A stretch of 61,255 nucleotides of DNA from Candidatus Moranbacteria bacterium UBA2206 (GTDB taxonomy: Bacteria; Patescibacteriota; Minisyncoccia; Moranbacterales; UBA2206), in contig DCUU01000020.1 in NCBI GenBank assembly GCA_002328565.1, positions 1 to 61,255 of the forward strand, in the 5' to 3' direction. Every line of letters starts with the position of its first letter. The first letter of the stretch is position 1. Shown one piece after another: positions 33,464-42,837 of this stretch. The translations under genes and the position numbers were made by a program. The notes beneath the pieces are model-generated. The model worked only from the letters and a program-made list of their open reading frames with translations, was not told the origin of the DNA and searched no databases.

Positions 33464-34981
33464 ATGACTGCAGTAAAAAAATATACGCAAGAAGAACTTA
33501 ATAAAATTCTATGGGCAGCCGCTGATTCTTCGAGAAGTAGTGTTGATGCTGGTGTGTATAAGGACTATGCGTTGGTGATGCTTTTTTTCAAGTATCTTAG
33601 TGATCTCTCAAAAAAGAAACACGAGGAATACAAGAAGCGATTTGGCAGTGATGAAAAACGCATTGAAGAAAAGATGAAGCTCGACCGTTTTTATCTGCCA
33701 CCAAAAGCTTCGTTTGATTATATTTACAGCATCATTGAACAGGATAATATCGGTGAAGAAATAAATAAGGCATTGCACAAAATCGAAGATGCCAACAAGG
33801 AAAAGCTCGAGGGTGTTTTTAGTGTGGATTTCAACTCTGAGTCAACTTTGGGAAAACTCGAACAAAGAAACAAAATGCTCCGTCATTTGATTCATGATTT
33901 CTATAAAATAGATCTTTCTGACGCAGGCGATGATATCATCGGGAATTCCTATATGTATATGATTGAACGTTTTGGTGCAGATGCAGGAAAGAAAGCTGGC
34001 GAGTTTTTTACGATTACCGCAGTAGCAAAATTATTAGCAAAACTTGCGCAACCAAAGGAGGGGGCAAGAATATGTGATCCTTGTTGCGGAAGCGCGAACC
34101 TGCTTTTGCTTGCAGGCGAGGAAATAGAAAAGCAAGGTTCAGAAAATTATGCTCTTTATGGACAAGAATCAACTGGTTCAACTTATCAATTAGCACGGAT
34201 GAACATTTTTTTACATGGAAAAGATTCGGCTAGGCTTGAGTGGGGCGATACCTTAAACAATCCCTTGCTTGTGGAAAACGACCAGTTAATGAAATATGAC
34301 ACCCAGGTTTGCAATCCCCCGTTTTCTTTGAAAAAATGGGGCGCAGAAAATGCCGAAGCGGATAAATATAAAAGATTTTGGCGAGGTGTACCACCAAAAG
34401 ACAAAGGTGATTTTGCTTTTATCACGCATATGGTGGAAACTGCTAAGCCAAAAACAGGACGCATCGCAGTGATTGTTCCTCATGGTGTGCTGTTTCGTGG
34501 TGGTGCCGAAGGAAAAATCCGCGAACAACTTCTAATGGAAAATATTATTGATGCTGTGATTGGACTTCCGGCTGGACTTTTTCAAACAACTGGCATTCCA
34601 GTAGCAATTCTCGTCATTGATCGATCGCGCGAGAAAGGCGGAGCGAATGAAAAAAAGAAGGATGTGATTTTCATTGAGGCATCAAAAGAATTCAAACCGG
34701 GCAAGGCGCAAAACACGCTCACTGAAGAAAACATTGAAAAAATTTATAATACCTACGCCAAGCGCAAGGAGATTGAAAAGTTCTCTCGCAAGGTGAACTT
34801 TAAAGAGATTGAAGAAAATGATTTCAATCTCAATATCACGCGTTATGTGGATACATTCGAAGAAGAAGCACCGATTGATATTAAGGCAAATTTAAAAGAA
34901 TTGGCTGAGCTTGAGCCGGAGATCAAGGAGTTGGAAAAACAGATGGATAAATATTTGAGAGAATTAAAAATTGTAAAATAA
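33464..34981 (+). CDS. hsdM: Type I R-M N6-adenine DNA methyltransferase subunit
   Basis: N-terminal HsdM helical domain, motif I DPCCGSANLL and motif IV NPPFSLKKW. Confidence 0.95.
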   Translation: MTAVKKYTQEELNKILWAAADSSRSSVDAGVYKDYALVMLFFKYLSDLSKKKHEEYKKRFGSDEKRIEEKMKLDRFYLPPKASFDYIYSIIEQDNIGEEINKALHKIEDANKEKLEGVFSVDFNSESTLGKLEQRNKMLRHLIHDFYKIDLSDAGDDIIGNSYMYMIERFGADAGKKAGEFFTITAVAKLLAKLAQPKEGARICDPCCGSANLLLLAGEEIEKQGSENYALYGQESTGSTYQLARMNIFLHGKDSARLEWGDTLNNPLLVENDQLMKYDTQVCNPPFSLKKWGAENAEADKYKRFWRGVPPKDKGDFAFITHMVETAKPKTGRIAVIVPHGVLFRGGAEGKIREQLLMENIIDAVIGLPAGLFQTTGIPVAILVIDRSREKGGANEKKKDVIFIEASKEFKPGKAQNTLTEENIEKIYNTYAKRKEIEKFSRKVNFKEIEENDFNLNITRYVDTFEEEAPIDIKANLKELAELEPEIKELEKQMDKYLRELKIVK

Positions 34982-34985
34982 AAAT

Positions 34986-35822
34986 ATGACAAAAACTAAT
35001 AACAAACTCATTACAATTTTTGAAGAACATCCGGTGCGACGACATTGGGATGGAAAACAAGAACGGTGGTATTTTTCCGTGGTTGATATAATTGCAATTC
35101 TAACGCAAAGTACTGACCCAAGAAATTATTGGAAAGTGTTGAAAAATCGCTTAAATAAAGAAGGATCTGAGGTGGTTACAAAATGTAACCAACTGAAAAT
35201 GACAGCTTCTGATGGCAAAAAATATCTTACTGATGCTACGGATGTGGAAACAATTTTACGCCTAATTCAATCCGTTCCAAGCAAAAAAGCTGAACCAATT
35301 AAGCTATGGTTAGCGAAAGTTGGCTATGAAAGAATAGAAGAAATATCCGATCCGGAGAAAGCTCTTAATCGCAGTCGAGAATATTGGCAAAAAATGGGGC
35401 GAAGCAAGTCATGGGTCCAACAGAGAATGATGGGGCAGGAGATTCGTAACAAACTTACGGATTATTGGAAAAATAACGAAGTTAAAAAGCATGACGAATA
35501 TGCCATTCTCACTAATATTATTCACCAAGAGTGGAGTGATTTGTCGGTGAGGGGTCACAAAAAGTTAAAGGGATTGAAAAATCAAAATCTGCGAGATCAT
35601 ATGACCGATGCAGAGCTTGTTTTCACGGCGCTTGCCGAACTCTCTACTCGTCAAATAGCGGAAACTTTGGAAACCAAAGGTTTGGAAGAAAATAAAACTC
35701 CAGCACGGCGCGGTGGCCGGATTGCCAAAAACGCGCGGTTAGAGTTGGAGCAAAAAACAGGGAAGAGGGTGGTGAGCGAGCGAAATTATTTGAAATCTAG
35801 AATTAAGAAACAATTAAAATAA
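34986..35822 (+). CDS. BRO-N / DinD-like DNA-binding protein nested in the R-M operon
   Basis: WYFSVVDIIAILTQSTDPRNYWKVLKNRL...DGKKYLTDATDVETILRLIQSVPSKKAEPIKLW is a Bro-N-type block. The C-terminus (NLRDHMTDAELVF) resembles DinD-type proteins. Confidence 0.7.
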   Translation: MTKTNNKLITIFEEHPVRRHWDGKQERWYFSVVDIIAILTQSTDPRNYWKVLKNRLNKEGSEVVTKCNQLKMTASDGKKYLTDATDVETILRLIQSVPSKKAEPIKLWLAKVGYERIEEISDPEKALNRSREYWQKMGRSKSWVQQRMMGQEIRNKLTDYWKNNEVKKHDEYAILTNIIHQEWSDLSVRGHKKLKGLKNQNLRDHMTDAELVFTALAELSTRQIAETLETKGLEENKTPARRGGRIAKNARLELEQKTGKRVVSERNYLKSRIKKQLK

Positions 35823-35823
35823 T

Positions 35824-35845
35824 CCATCGCCAAATTTGGCGATGG
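35824..35845. promoter_or_regulatory. Perfect 22-bp palindrome at the junction of the DinD-like gene and the acidic ORF
   Basis: ccatcgccaaa tttggcgatgg. It overlaps the candidate start codons (TTG 35836, ATG 35842). Confidence 0.4.
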
Positions 35846-36303
35846 ACAATAACTCTATGAAAATTGAATTTAACAAAGAACAATTTGAAAACTTGATGAA
35901 GTTGGTTTATCTTGGAAACTGGATGGCCAACGCAAATCGCACAGACGATAGGATTGAGAAATATGAAGACTTGGAAAGTTATGTCTTTTCTTTTGCCAAA
36001 AATTTTGGATTGGAAGAATATGTGGATGATGAATCTGTTGGCGACGGAAAATTTTATCCAACTAGATTTTTTGAAGAAGAAACAGACATTAATGAGCTTC
36101 ATGATGAGTATGATGATGAAACTTTTTGGACTGAGCTGTCTGATCATTTGGGGGAGAGGGATTTTATGAGAAAATATTCAAAAGATGATTGGGATAAAAT
36201 GACACAAGAAGAGAGGTTTTTAAAAAGGCAGGAATGTGAGATTGGGTGGGAGGAGGAATTTGAGAAGAATGGGATTGAGAGGTTGGAGATAAGGGAGAAA
36301 TAA
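35836..36303 (+). CDS. Highly acidic hypothetical protein (155 aa)
   Basis: By hand count about 44 Asp/Glu versus about 21 Lys/Arg. No family recognised. It lies in the operon with the R-M genes. Confidence 0.55.
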   Translation: MAMDNNSMKIEFNKEQFENLMKLVYLGNWMANANRTDDRIEKYEDLESYVFSFAKNFGLEEYVDDESVGDGKFYPTRFFEEETDINELHDEYDDETFWTELSDHLGERDFMRKYSKDDWDKMTQEERFLKRQECEIGWEEEFEKNGIERLEIREK

Positions 36304-36354
36304 AAAATTGGAAAAACAGATGGCTAATTATTTAAAAAATTTAAAAATATTAAT

Positions 36355-37146
36355 ATGTGGCAAAAAATTGTTGATTCAAGGTTGGTTAAAAAATGGGGGA
36401 AACTAATTGCACTTTTATTCAATCCGTGGTTTTTGATTTCAGCTGGCATAACTGGTGTCGCGCTCTATCTCTCCGTCTATTATAAAGCTAATGTTCCATT
36501 TTCAAATACTATGACAATTTTTGGCAGTATTTTTGGTGGTATTGCGGGTGCTTTTTTCAAGGATGAATATGACAGAATATCTAACAAAAATATTCTTGAA
36601 AAAAAAGGTCGGTCAGCAGTTCGAAATATTGAAGGAATTCGAGCACAACTTCGCAACATCGAGTCTTGGATAATTGAATTTTCAAAACGCACGCGAAAAC
36701 AGGAGGATAAGAGAACTCTTGAGGAGGTGAATCGGCATGTCGCAACAATAGATTTGAACATAGCTGCTGGTCTTGCAGATTGGGTTGATATTGTTCCAGA
36801 GTTAAAACAAAAAGAGGAACTACAAAGAACTCAAAAAGATACTATACAATCTTATATTGATGAAATTTTGAAAAACAAGAAAACGCTTTTGCATGCGAGT
36901 AAACAAGATGGTGAAATGATTAAAAGAAAAATAGAAGATCTTGAAAAAGAAGTACGGGAAATAAAAAATGATTCAGGACTGGTGTTTGGTAATCTAAGCC
37001 CAGATTCCTATGTTTCTGGACATTCAATGCTTGGGTTGGGTTCAATTAATAATCATGGTCTAAACTCTTTCAATATTAATAACGAAGATTCTATGTTAGC
37101 CTCAGAACTTATAAATGGACATAAGGAAAAGAATGGTAAAAAATAA
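36355..37146 (+). CDS. Hypothetical membrane protein: two N-terminal TM helices plus a coiled-coil-like region
   Basis: TM1 LIALLFNPWFLISAGITGVALYLSVYY and TM2 MTIFGSIFGGIAGAFF, then a long charged helical segment. Confidence 0.55.
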   Translation: MWQKIVDSRLVKKWGKLIALLFNPWFLISAGITGVALYLSVYYKANVPFSNTMTIFGSIFGGIAGAFFKDEYDRISNKNILEKKGRSAVRNIEGIRAQLRNIESWIIEFSKRTRKQEDKRTLEEVNRHVATIDLNIAAGLADWVDIVPELKQKEELQRTQKDTIQSYIDEILKNKKTLLHASKQDGEMIKRKIEDLEKEVREIKNDSGLVFGNLSPDSYVSGHSMLGLGSINNHGLNSFNINNEDSMLASELINGHKEKNGKK

Positions 37147-37603
37147 ATCACAAAAAAATAGTAAAAAAAATGATCATAAGGGGAAGCCTTTTATAAATAT
37201 TGGTACAAAAAATTCTTGTCTTTTTTTAAATCTTTCAAAGCGGTTGATAGAAATTTTGAAGAGAAATCCTTTATTGTATTTTGCTATTGAAGAATCCCAG
37301 AAGTGTGCTTCCATCGACTGTTATTCTGCGGGAATACTCGCTTGTTCTCAGATTTTAAATTGTTATGGAAAGAAAACATCGCCAGTAAGACATAAGGTTG
37401 CACATGAAATCTTGATAAATAGACCCAATAAAAAAGACTACGAAGCAATATTTAAACAGTTAAAATCTGCTGCTGAAGAATCTTATTTTAATGAATTGGA
37501 TGGGAGCAAAAAGAATAAAGAAAAATTTAATAGGGATCTTGTTTTTGAATGGAGTGATTATGCAAGAGATCTTTTTATAGAATCAATAAAAAATGAAAAA
37601 TAA
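37115..37603 (+). CDS. Hypothetical protein (about 156-162 aa)
   Basis: It overlaps the preceding ORF's end and the hsdS start, which suggests translational coupling. The ATG at 37133 is also possible. No family recognised. Confidence 0.5.
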   Translation: MDIRKRMVKNKSQKNSKKNDHKGKPFINIGTKNSCLFLNLSKRLIEILKRNPLLYFAIEESQKCASIDCYSAGILACSQILNCYGKKTSPVRHKVAHEILINRPNKKDYEAIFKQLKSAAEESYFNELDGSKKNKEKFNRDLVFEWSDYARDLFIESIKNEK

Positions 37604-38807
37604 CTTATTACAAAAAAATATTCCTGATGGATGGCTTTATAAAACCCTGGGTGATTTTTTAGAAAAAATTGAGGGCGGAGGAACACCATCTAAAGAAAGA
37701 CCGGACTTTTGGAATGGATCAATTCCGTGGGCAAGTGTTAAGGATGTTGTTACGCATAATCCATATGATACGCAGGATCATATTTCCGAGGAGGGTTTGC
37801 ATAACAGTTCTAGCAGGATTGTTCCAAAAGGAACATTGATTGTTCCAACTCGTATGGCATTAGGCCATGCTGTAGTTTTTGGTGTCAATGTCGCGATTAA
37901 TCAAGACCTAAAAGCTTTGTATCCTAAAAAAGAATTATTGGATAAGTTTCTTTTTTATTGGTTTAAATCAAAAAAAGAATTTATAGAAAGGCTTGGTTCT
38001 GGTAGTACTGTTTCTGGTATTCAGCAAAATGAACTCAAAGCTATAAAATTTTTGTTGCCACCAATTTCTGAGCAGAAGCGTATTGTTTCAGTACTGAAAA
38101 CGCTGGATTTGGTAATTGAAAAATTAGTGAAGAAAATTAAGATCAAAAAAAATATCAAAAAAGGTTTGACGCAGAATCTTTTAACTGGAAAGGTTCGGTT
38201 GGCCAGATTTAATAAGAAATTGGAGCAATGCAAGGTAAATGATATTTGTGAAATAAAAAAAGGTCAAGAGCTCTCAAAAGAAAAATTAAGCAGTGATGGA
38301 AAATATAAGTGTATTTTGTATGGCGAGCTTTATACAAAATATTCAGAGTTAATTGGAAATGTTTTGAGTAGAACAAATTTCAAAGAAGGAGTTGTTTCAA
38401 TTAGTGGTGATATATTAATTCCAGCATCCACCACAACCAGTGCAATGGATTTGGCAATCGCAGCTTGCCTAAATGAAGATGATATTTTACTGGGTGGAGA
38501 TATCAATATTTTACGAGCAAAAAAGAAATATGATTCTAGGTTTTTAGCATTATACTTAACTCACGTAAAAAAACATAGCCTAGCTCGATTGGCGCAAGGA
38601 ATTACAATCGTACATCTTTATGGGAAAGATTTTAAAAAATTGAGCATTGAAATTCCTGAAATAAAAGAGCAGTCGGCGATTGCTGATATTTTTGTAGCGA
38701 TAGATAAAGAAATTGAAGCGCTGAATAAAAAACTCATAATCCTAAAAGACCAGAAAAAATATTTGTTGAATAATTTAATTACCGGAAATATAAGAATTAA
38801 AGTATAA
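37593..38807 (+). CDS. hsdS: Type I R-M specificity subunit, full length (two TRDs)
   Basis: 404 aa with two TRD and conserved-region modules (LPPISEQKRIVSVL... and IPEIKEQSAIADIF...). Confidence 0.9.
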   Translation: MKNNLLQKNIPDGWLYKTLGDFLEKIEGGGTPSKERPDFWNGSIPWASVKDVVTHNPYDTQDHISEEGLHNSSSRIVPKGTLIVPTRMALGHAVVFGVNVAINQDLKALYPKKELLDKFLFYWFKSKKEFIERLGSGSTVSGIQQNELKAIKFLLPPISEQKRIVSVLKTLDLVIEKLVKKIKIKKNIKKGLTQNLLTGKVRLARFNKKLEQCKVNDICEIKKGQELSKEKLSSDGKYKCILYGELYTKYSELIGNVLSRTNFKEGVVSISGDILIPASTTTSAMDLAIAACLNEDDILLGGDINILRAKKKYDSRFLALYLTHVKKHSLARLAQGITIVHLYGKDFKKLSIEIPEIKEQSAIADIFVAIDKEIEALNKKLIILKDQKKYLLNNLITGNIRIKV

Positions 38808-38811
38808 AAAT

Positions 38812-41800
38812 ATGTTAGAAAAAGTTCACTTTGACGAAGCCAGACAATCACAACTCACATTCATCGAGCTTCTTTTGAACATGGGATATAAATATATCTC
38901 CGCCGAAGAATCTTTGAAGCAAAGACAAAATGACACGACTAATTTTATTCTCTCCGATATCGCGGTTAAAAAACTTATGGAAATAAACAGCTATGAGATT
39001 GATGGGGTGGATTATAAATTTAGTGAAAAAGATGTGAGAGATGCAATTGATGAATTGGAGAATATCCAATACGAAGGTTTGATCGATACGGCGCAGAAAA
39101 TATACAATATCATTATGCCAACTAGTGGAGGCAAGACGATCAAGGTTAATCACAGTGGAAAGTCGATGTCAAAAAATTTCCGTTTTATTGATTTCAAAAA
39201 TCCAGAGAATAATGAATTTCATGTGACGGCGGAATTTGAGGCGACTGGCAAACAAAACATTCGACCAGACATTGTTTGTTTTGTGAATGGGATTCCATTT
39301 GCGATTATTGAGAATAAGAAATCGAGCGTATCAGTTTTGGAAGCAATTGGCCAATTAAACAGATATCAAAATCCTGAACATTGCCCAAGACTTTTTGCTT
39401 ATGCCCAACTTTTGGTTGGTACTAATAACAAAGAATTTCAATATGGAACAACAGGCACCCCAAATAAGTTTTATGCAGTTTGGAAGGAAAAAGAAATTTC
39501 GAAAGTTGAAATGGACGTGCGCGTTAAGAATCTCATCCAAAAACAAATTCCTAGCGATATTTATAATCAAATACTAATTGATTTAAATGGTGCAACAGAT
39601 GGACATATTCAAAAACTTGATCGATTGCCTACTCAGCAAGATCGTGGCGTGATTTCACTTTTTGAACCAGTACGACTTTTGGATCTGACTAAAAACTATA
39701 TTCTGTTTGATGCTGGCGTGAAAAAACTTTCTCGCTATCAACAATATTTTGCTATTCACAAAATGCTCAAGAGGATTGATGAAGAAGAAGTTACTGAAAA
39801 AAAGTTAGCTCGTCGAAAAGGTGGTCTTGTGTGGCATACACAAGGATCTGGAAAATCTCTGACGATGGTAATGTTTGTGAAAGCTTTGATTGAAAATCCA
39901 CATATCAGTAATCCGCGAGTGATTATCGTGACCGATCGAAAAGATTTAGACAAACAGATTAAGGATACATTCAAAAATTGTAATTTGAAGAAAGATGTTA
40001 TCCAAGCAACTAGTGGTCAACACTTGCTTGATTTGATTAAGGAAAAAAATCTTTCAGTTATCACTACCTTGGTACATAAATTTGAATCAGCGCACAAAAA
40101 AAATACTGGACTCGTTGATCTTGACAAGAATATTTTTGTCTTGGTGGATGAGGCACACCGCACGCAAAATGGAATTGCTAATCTGGAAATGAATCGGATT
40201 ATCCCTGGAGCTTGCTACATTGGATTCACTGGAACACCTCTCATGAAAAACGAAGGAGAAAGTTGGCGAAAATTTGGGGGCTATATTGATAAATATACAA
40301 TTGATGATGCCCTGGAGGATAAAATTATTTTGCCACTTATTTATGAAGGGCGATATACTGAAATGACACAAGATTCTGAACAGATAGATCGTTTAGAAAA
40401 ACGCCAAGCTGATCGTATTTGTGATAATTCTAGCAATAAATATATCGCTAAGGCCCAAAAGGCGATTAATGCCAAAGTTATCAAAGATAACCCAGGAAGA
40501 ATCAGAGAAATTTCCTATGACATTGAAAAACATTATTGCGAGAATTTTCAAAACACAGGGCTCAAGGCGCAGATTGTTGCTCCTTCAAAATTTTCAGCTG
40601 TTTTGTTTCAGAAATTTTTTGAGAGTAGTGGAAAAGTGCGAACTGCCATTGTGATTTCTGATGAGCATGAAGACGGCGATGAGGAGAATACTCATAAAAA
40701 AGAAGTGGTGGCATATTTGGATAAGGTTCGGGAAAATAATGGTAATGTGTCTAAGTATGAAAAAGATGTAATCGAAAGCTTTAAACATAATGAAGACGGT
40801 ATAGAAATTATTATTGTAGTGGATAAGCTTTTAACTGGTTTTGATGCTCCTTGCAACACGGTGCTATATCTAACAAAAGATTTGAGGGATCATAATTTGC
40901 TTCAAGCGATTGCGCGTGTTAATCGTTTGCATGAGAATAAGAAGCTCCCAAAAACTGCTGGATATATTATTGATTATTCTGAAAATGCCAAAAATATTAA
41001 TACCGCAATGAAATTATTTGGAAATTATGATGAGTTAGATGTTAAGGGAACGCTTATTGATGTATCGGAGAAAATTCAGGAGCTGGAACAAAGTTATGGT
41101 CTGGTGCATGATATTTTCAAAGAAATAAAATCATCATCGGATGATGAGGCATATTTGCAATTTCTTAGTGATGGTCCCAAGAGAGAAACTTTTTACAAAG
41201 CACTTAATGATTTTATTAAAAATTTGAATGAGTGTTTTGTGCTTCAAGAATTTGTGCATGAATTTGATCATTTGGATGTTTATAAGAAAGAGTTAAAAAA
41301 GCTCATGGAGCTTAGACGTGCGGCCAGTTTGAAATATGCTGATCGAATTGATTTAGCGCAATATAAACAATCGTTGATAAATATTTTGGATAAATATGTG
41401 GATGCGCGCGGAGTGGAACTTTTGACTAAACAAGTTAATATAACTGATCGTAAACAATTTGAAGAAGCGATTGAAAATCTGGGATCAGATAAATCTAAAG
41501 CTGAGGCAATTGCCGCACAAACTCAAAAGACTATTACTGAGAAAATGGATATGGATCCAGAGTTTTACGAAAGATTTTCCAAAAAGATTTCAGAAATACT
41601 TGAAGAAATGAGAGTTGGCAAAATGGCTGATATTGAGGCGTTGAAACAAATGAAGCTTATTCGCGATGATGTGGTGGATAAAAAAGATGAAACTCTTCCG
41701 GATAAGATAAGCTCTCACAAAGGAGCGGATGTATTTTATCGCAATTTGCGAGAATCTTTTGGAAAACACATTGCCGATGATCAGGTTTATATTGATGTCG

Positions 41801-42012
41801 TGCTGGATGTTCTAAATATTATCAAAGACGAAGCGATTGTTGATTGGTACAAAAACGGAGATGTGAAGCGCAAAATGATGAACGCTATTGATGATTATTT
41901 ATATGATGTGGTCAAAAATAAAAAAAACATAGAGCTGACCCATGAAGAAATGAAAGCGATTATTGATACCGCAATGCAATTGGCGGAAAATAATAATGAG
42001 GTTATTGCTTAA
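38812..42012 (+). CDS. hsdR: Type I restriction enzyme R subunit
   Basis: PD-(D/E)xK-like PDIVCFVNGIPFAIIENKK, Walker A HTQGSGKSLTM, DEAH box VDEAHRTQ and helicase C motifs (QAIARVNR). Confidence 0.95.
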   Translation: MLEKVHFDEARQSQLTFIELLLNMGYKYISAEESLKQRQNDTTNFILSDIAVKKLMEINSYEIDGVDYKFSEKDVRDAIDELENIQYEGLIDTAQKIYNIIMPTSGGKTIKVNHSGKSMSKNFRFIDFKNPENNEFHVTAEFEATGKQNIRPDIVCFVNGIPFAIIENKKSSVSVLEAIGQLNRYQNPEHCPRLFAYAQLLVGTNNKEFQYGTTGTPNKFYAVWKEKEISKVEMDVRVKNLIQKQIPSDIYNQILIDLNGATDGHIQKLDRLPTQQDRGVISLFEPVRLLDLTKNYILFDAGVKKLSRYQQYFAIHKMLKRIDEEEVTEKKLARRKGGLVWHTQGSGKSLTMVMFVKALIENPHISNPRVIIVTDRKDLDKQIKDTFKNCNLKKDVIQATSGQHLLDLIKEKNLSVITTLVHKFESAHKKNTGLVDLDKNIFVLVDEAHRTQNGIANLEMNRIIPGACYIGFTGTPLMKNEGESWRKFGGYIDKYTIDDALEDKIILPLIYEGRYTEMTQDSEQIDRLEKRQADRICDNSSNKYIAKAQKAINAKVIKDNPGRIREISYDIEKHYCENFQNTGLKAQIVAPSKFSAVLFQKFFESSGKVRTAIVISDEHEDGDEENTHKKEVVAYLDKVRENNGNVSKYEKDVIESFKHNEDGIEIIIVVDKLLTGFDAPCNTVLYLTKDLRDHNLLQAIARVNRLHENKKLPKTAGYIIDYSENAKNINTAMKLFGNYDELDVKGTLIDVSEKIQELEQSYGLVHDIFKEIKSSSDDEAYLQFLSDGPKRETFYKALNDFIKNLNECFVLQEFVHEFDHLDVYKKELKKLMELRRAASLKYADRIDLAQYKQSLINILDKYVDARGVELLTKQVNITDRKQFEEAIENLGSDKSKAEAIAAQTQKTITEKMDMDPEFYERFSKKISEILEEMRVGKMADIEALKQMKLIRDDVVDKKDETLPDKISSHKGADVFYRNLRESFGKHIADDQVYIDVVLDVLNIIKDEAIVDWYKNGDVKRKMMNAIDDYLYDVVKNKKNIELTHEEMKAIIDTAMQLAENNNEVIA

Positions 42013-42021
42013 AATAAAAAT

Positions 42022-42720
42022 ATGAATAAGTTTGTGTATGGATCGTTTGCGTATGAATATGAGCTTATACGGGAAAATCGAAAGACCCTAGGTCTCACCG
42101 TTATGCCCGATATGAGTATTTTCGTAAAGTGTCCGCTAAGAGCGGATGCCCAGCGCATTGAAACATTCCTAAAGAAGAAGTGGTTTTGGTTGCAAAAGCA
42201 ATTGAATTTTTTCAAGAAATTTCAAAAAAAGATTTACAAGAAAGAATATGTGTCAGGAGAGAGCTTTTTATATCTTGGCAGGCAATATCAATTAGTTGTT
42301 AAAAAAGCAAAAGAAGATAAAGTGGTTTTGCAAAATGGAAAACTAGTATTTTTTACAACTCAATCAGTGAGTGATGGTGTGCATACGCGGATATATTTGA
42401 ATGCTTGGTATAACAGACGGGCTCGAGAAATATTCAAAGATAGATATGAGGAGGTATTCAAAAAATTTGATTATGATCAAAAGTTGAGGTTGGAAATACG
42501 GAAAATGCCCAAGCGTTGGGGTAGCTGTGCGCGAGGAAAAAATATCGCTCTTAACCCCCTTCTCATTCACGCTTCAAAAGATTGCATTGATTATGTGATT
42601 ACTCACGAGCTTTGCCATGTGAAATATAAAAATCATGATAAGCGATTTTATAAATTGATGAATTCCAAATATCCAAAGTGGGAGAGGATAAAAGAGAAAT
42701 TGGAGATGAGGCTCTCGTAA
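42022..42720 (+). CDS. DUF45/YgjP-like (M48 superfamily) metal-dependent hydrolase
   Basis: The HELCHVKYKNH motif and 232-aa size fit. Genes of this family are commonly found next to hsdR. Confidence 0.75.
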   Translation: MNKFVYGSFAYEYELIRENRKTLGLTVMPDMSIFVKCPLRADAQRIETFLKKKWFWLQKQLNFFKKFQKKIYKKEYVSGESFLYLGRQYQLVVKKAKEDKVVLQNGKLVFFTTQSVSDGVHTRIYLNAWYNRRAREIFKDRYEEVFKKFDYDQKLRLEIRKMPKRWGSCARGKNIALNPLLIHASKDCIDYVITHELCHVKYKNHDKRFYKLMNSKYPKWERIKEKLEMRLS

Positions 42721-42837
42721 TACAAAAAATTTATTACGTAATATGTTAGATTATCTAGCGTTGTGTGCTAAAAGGATAAAATCTCAAATCTTGCAATTTT
42801 TTGCCTATTTTCTTGTAGTATAGTACGATTGCACTAT

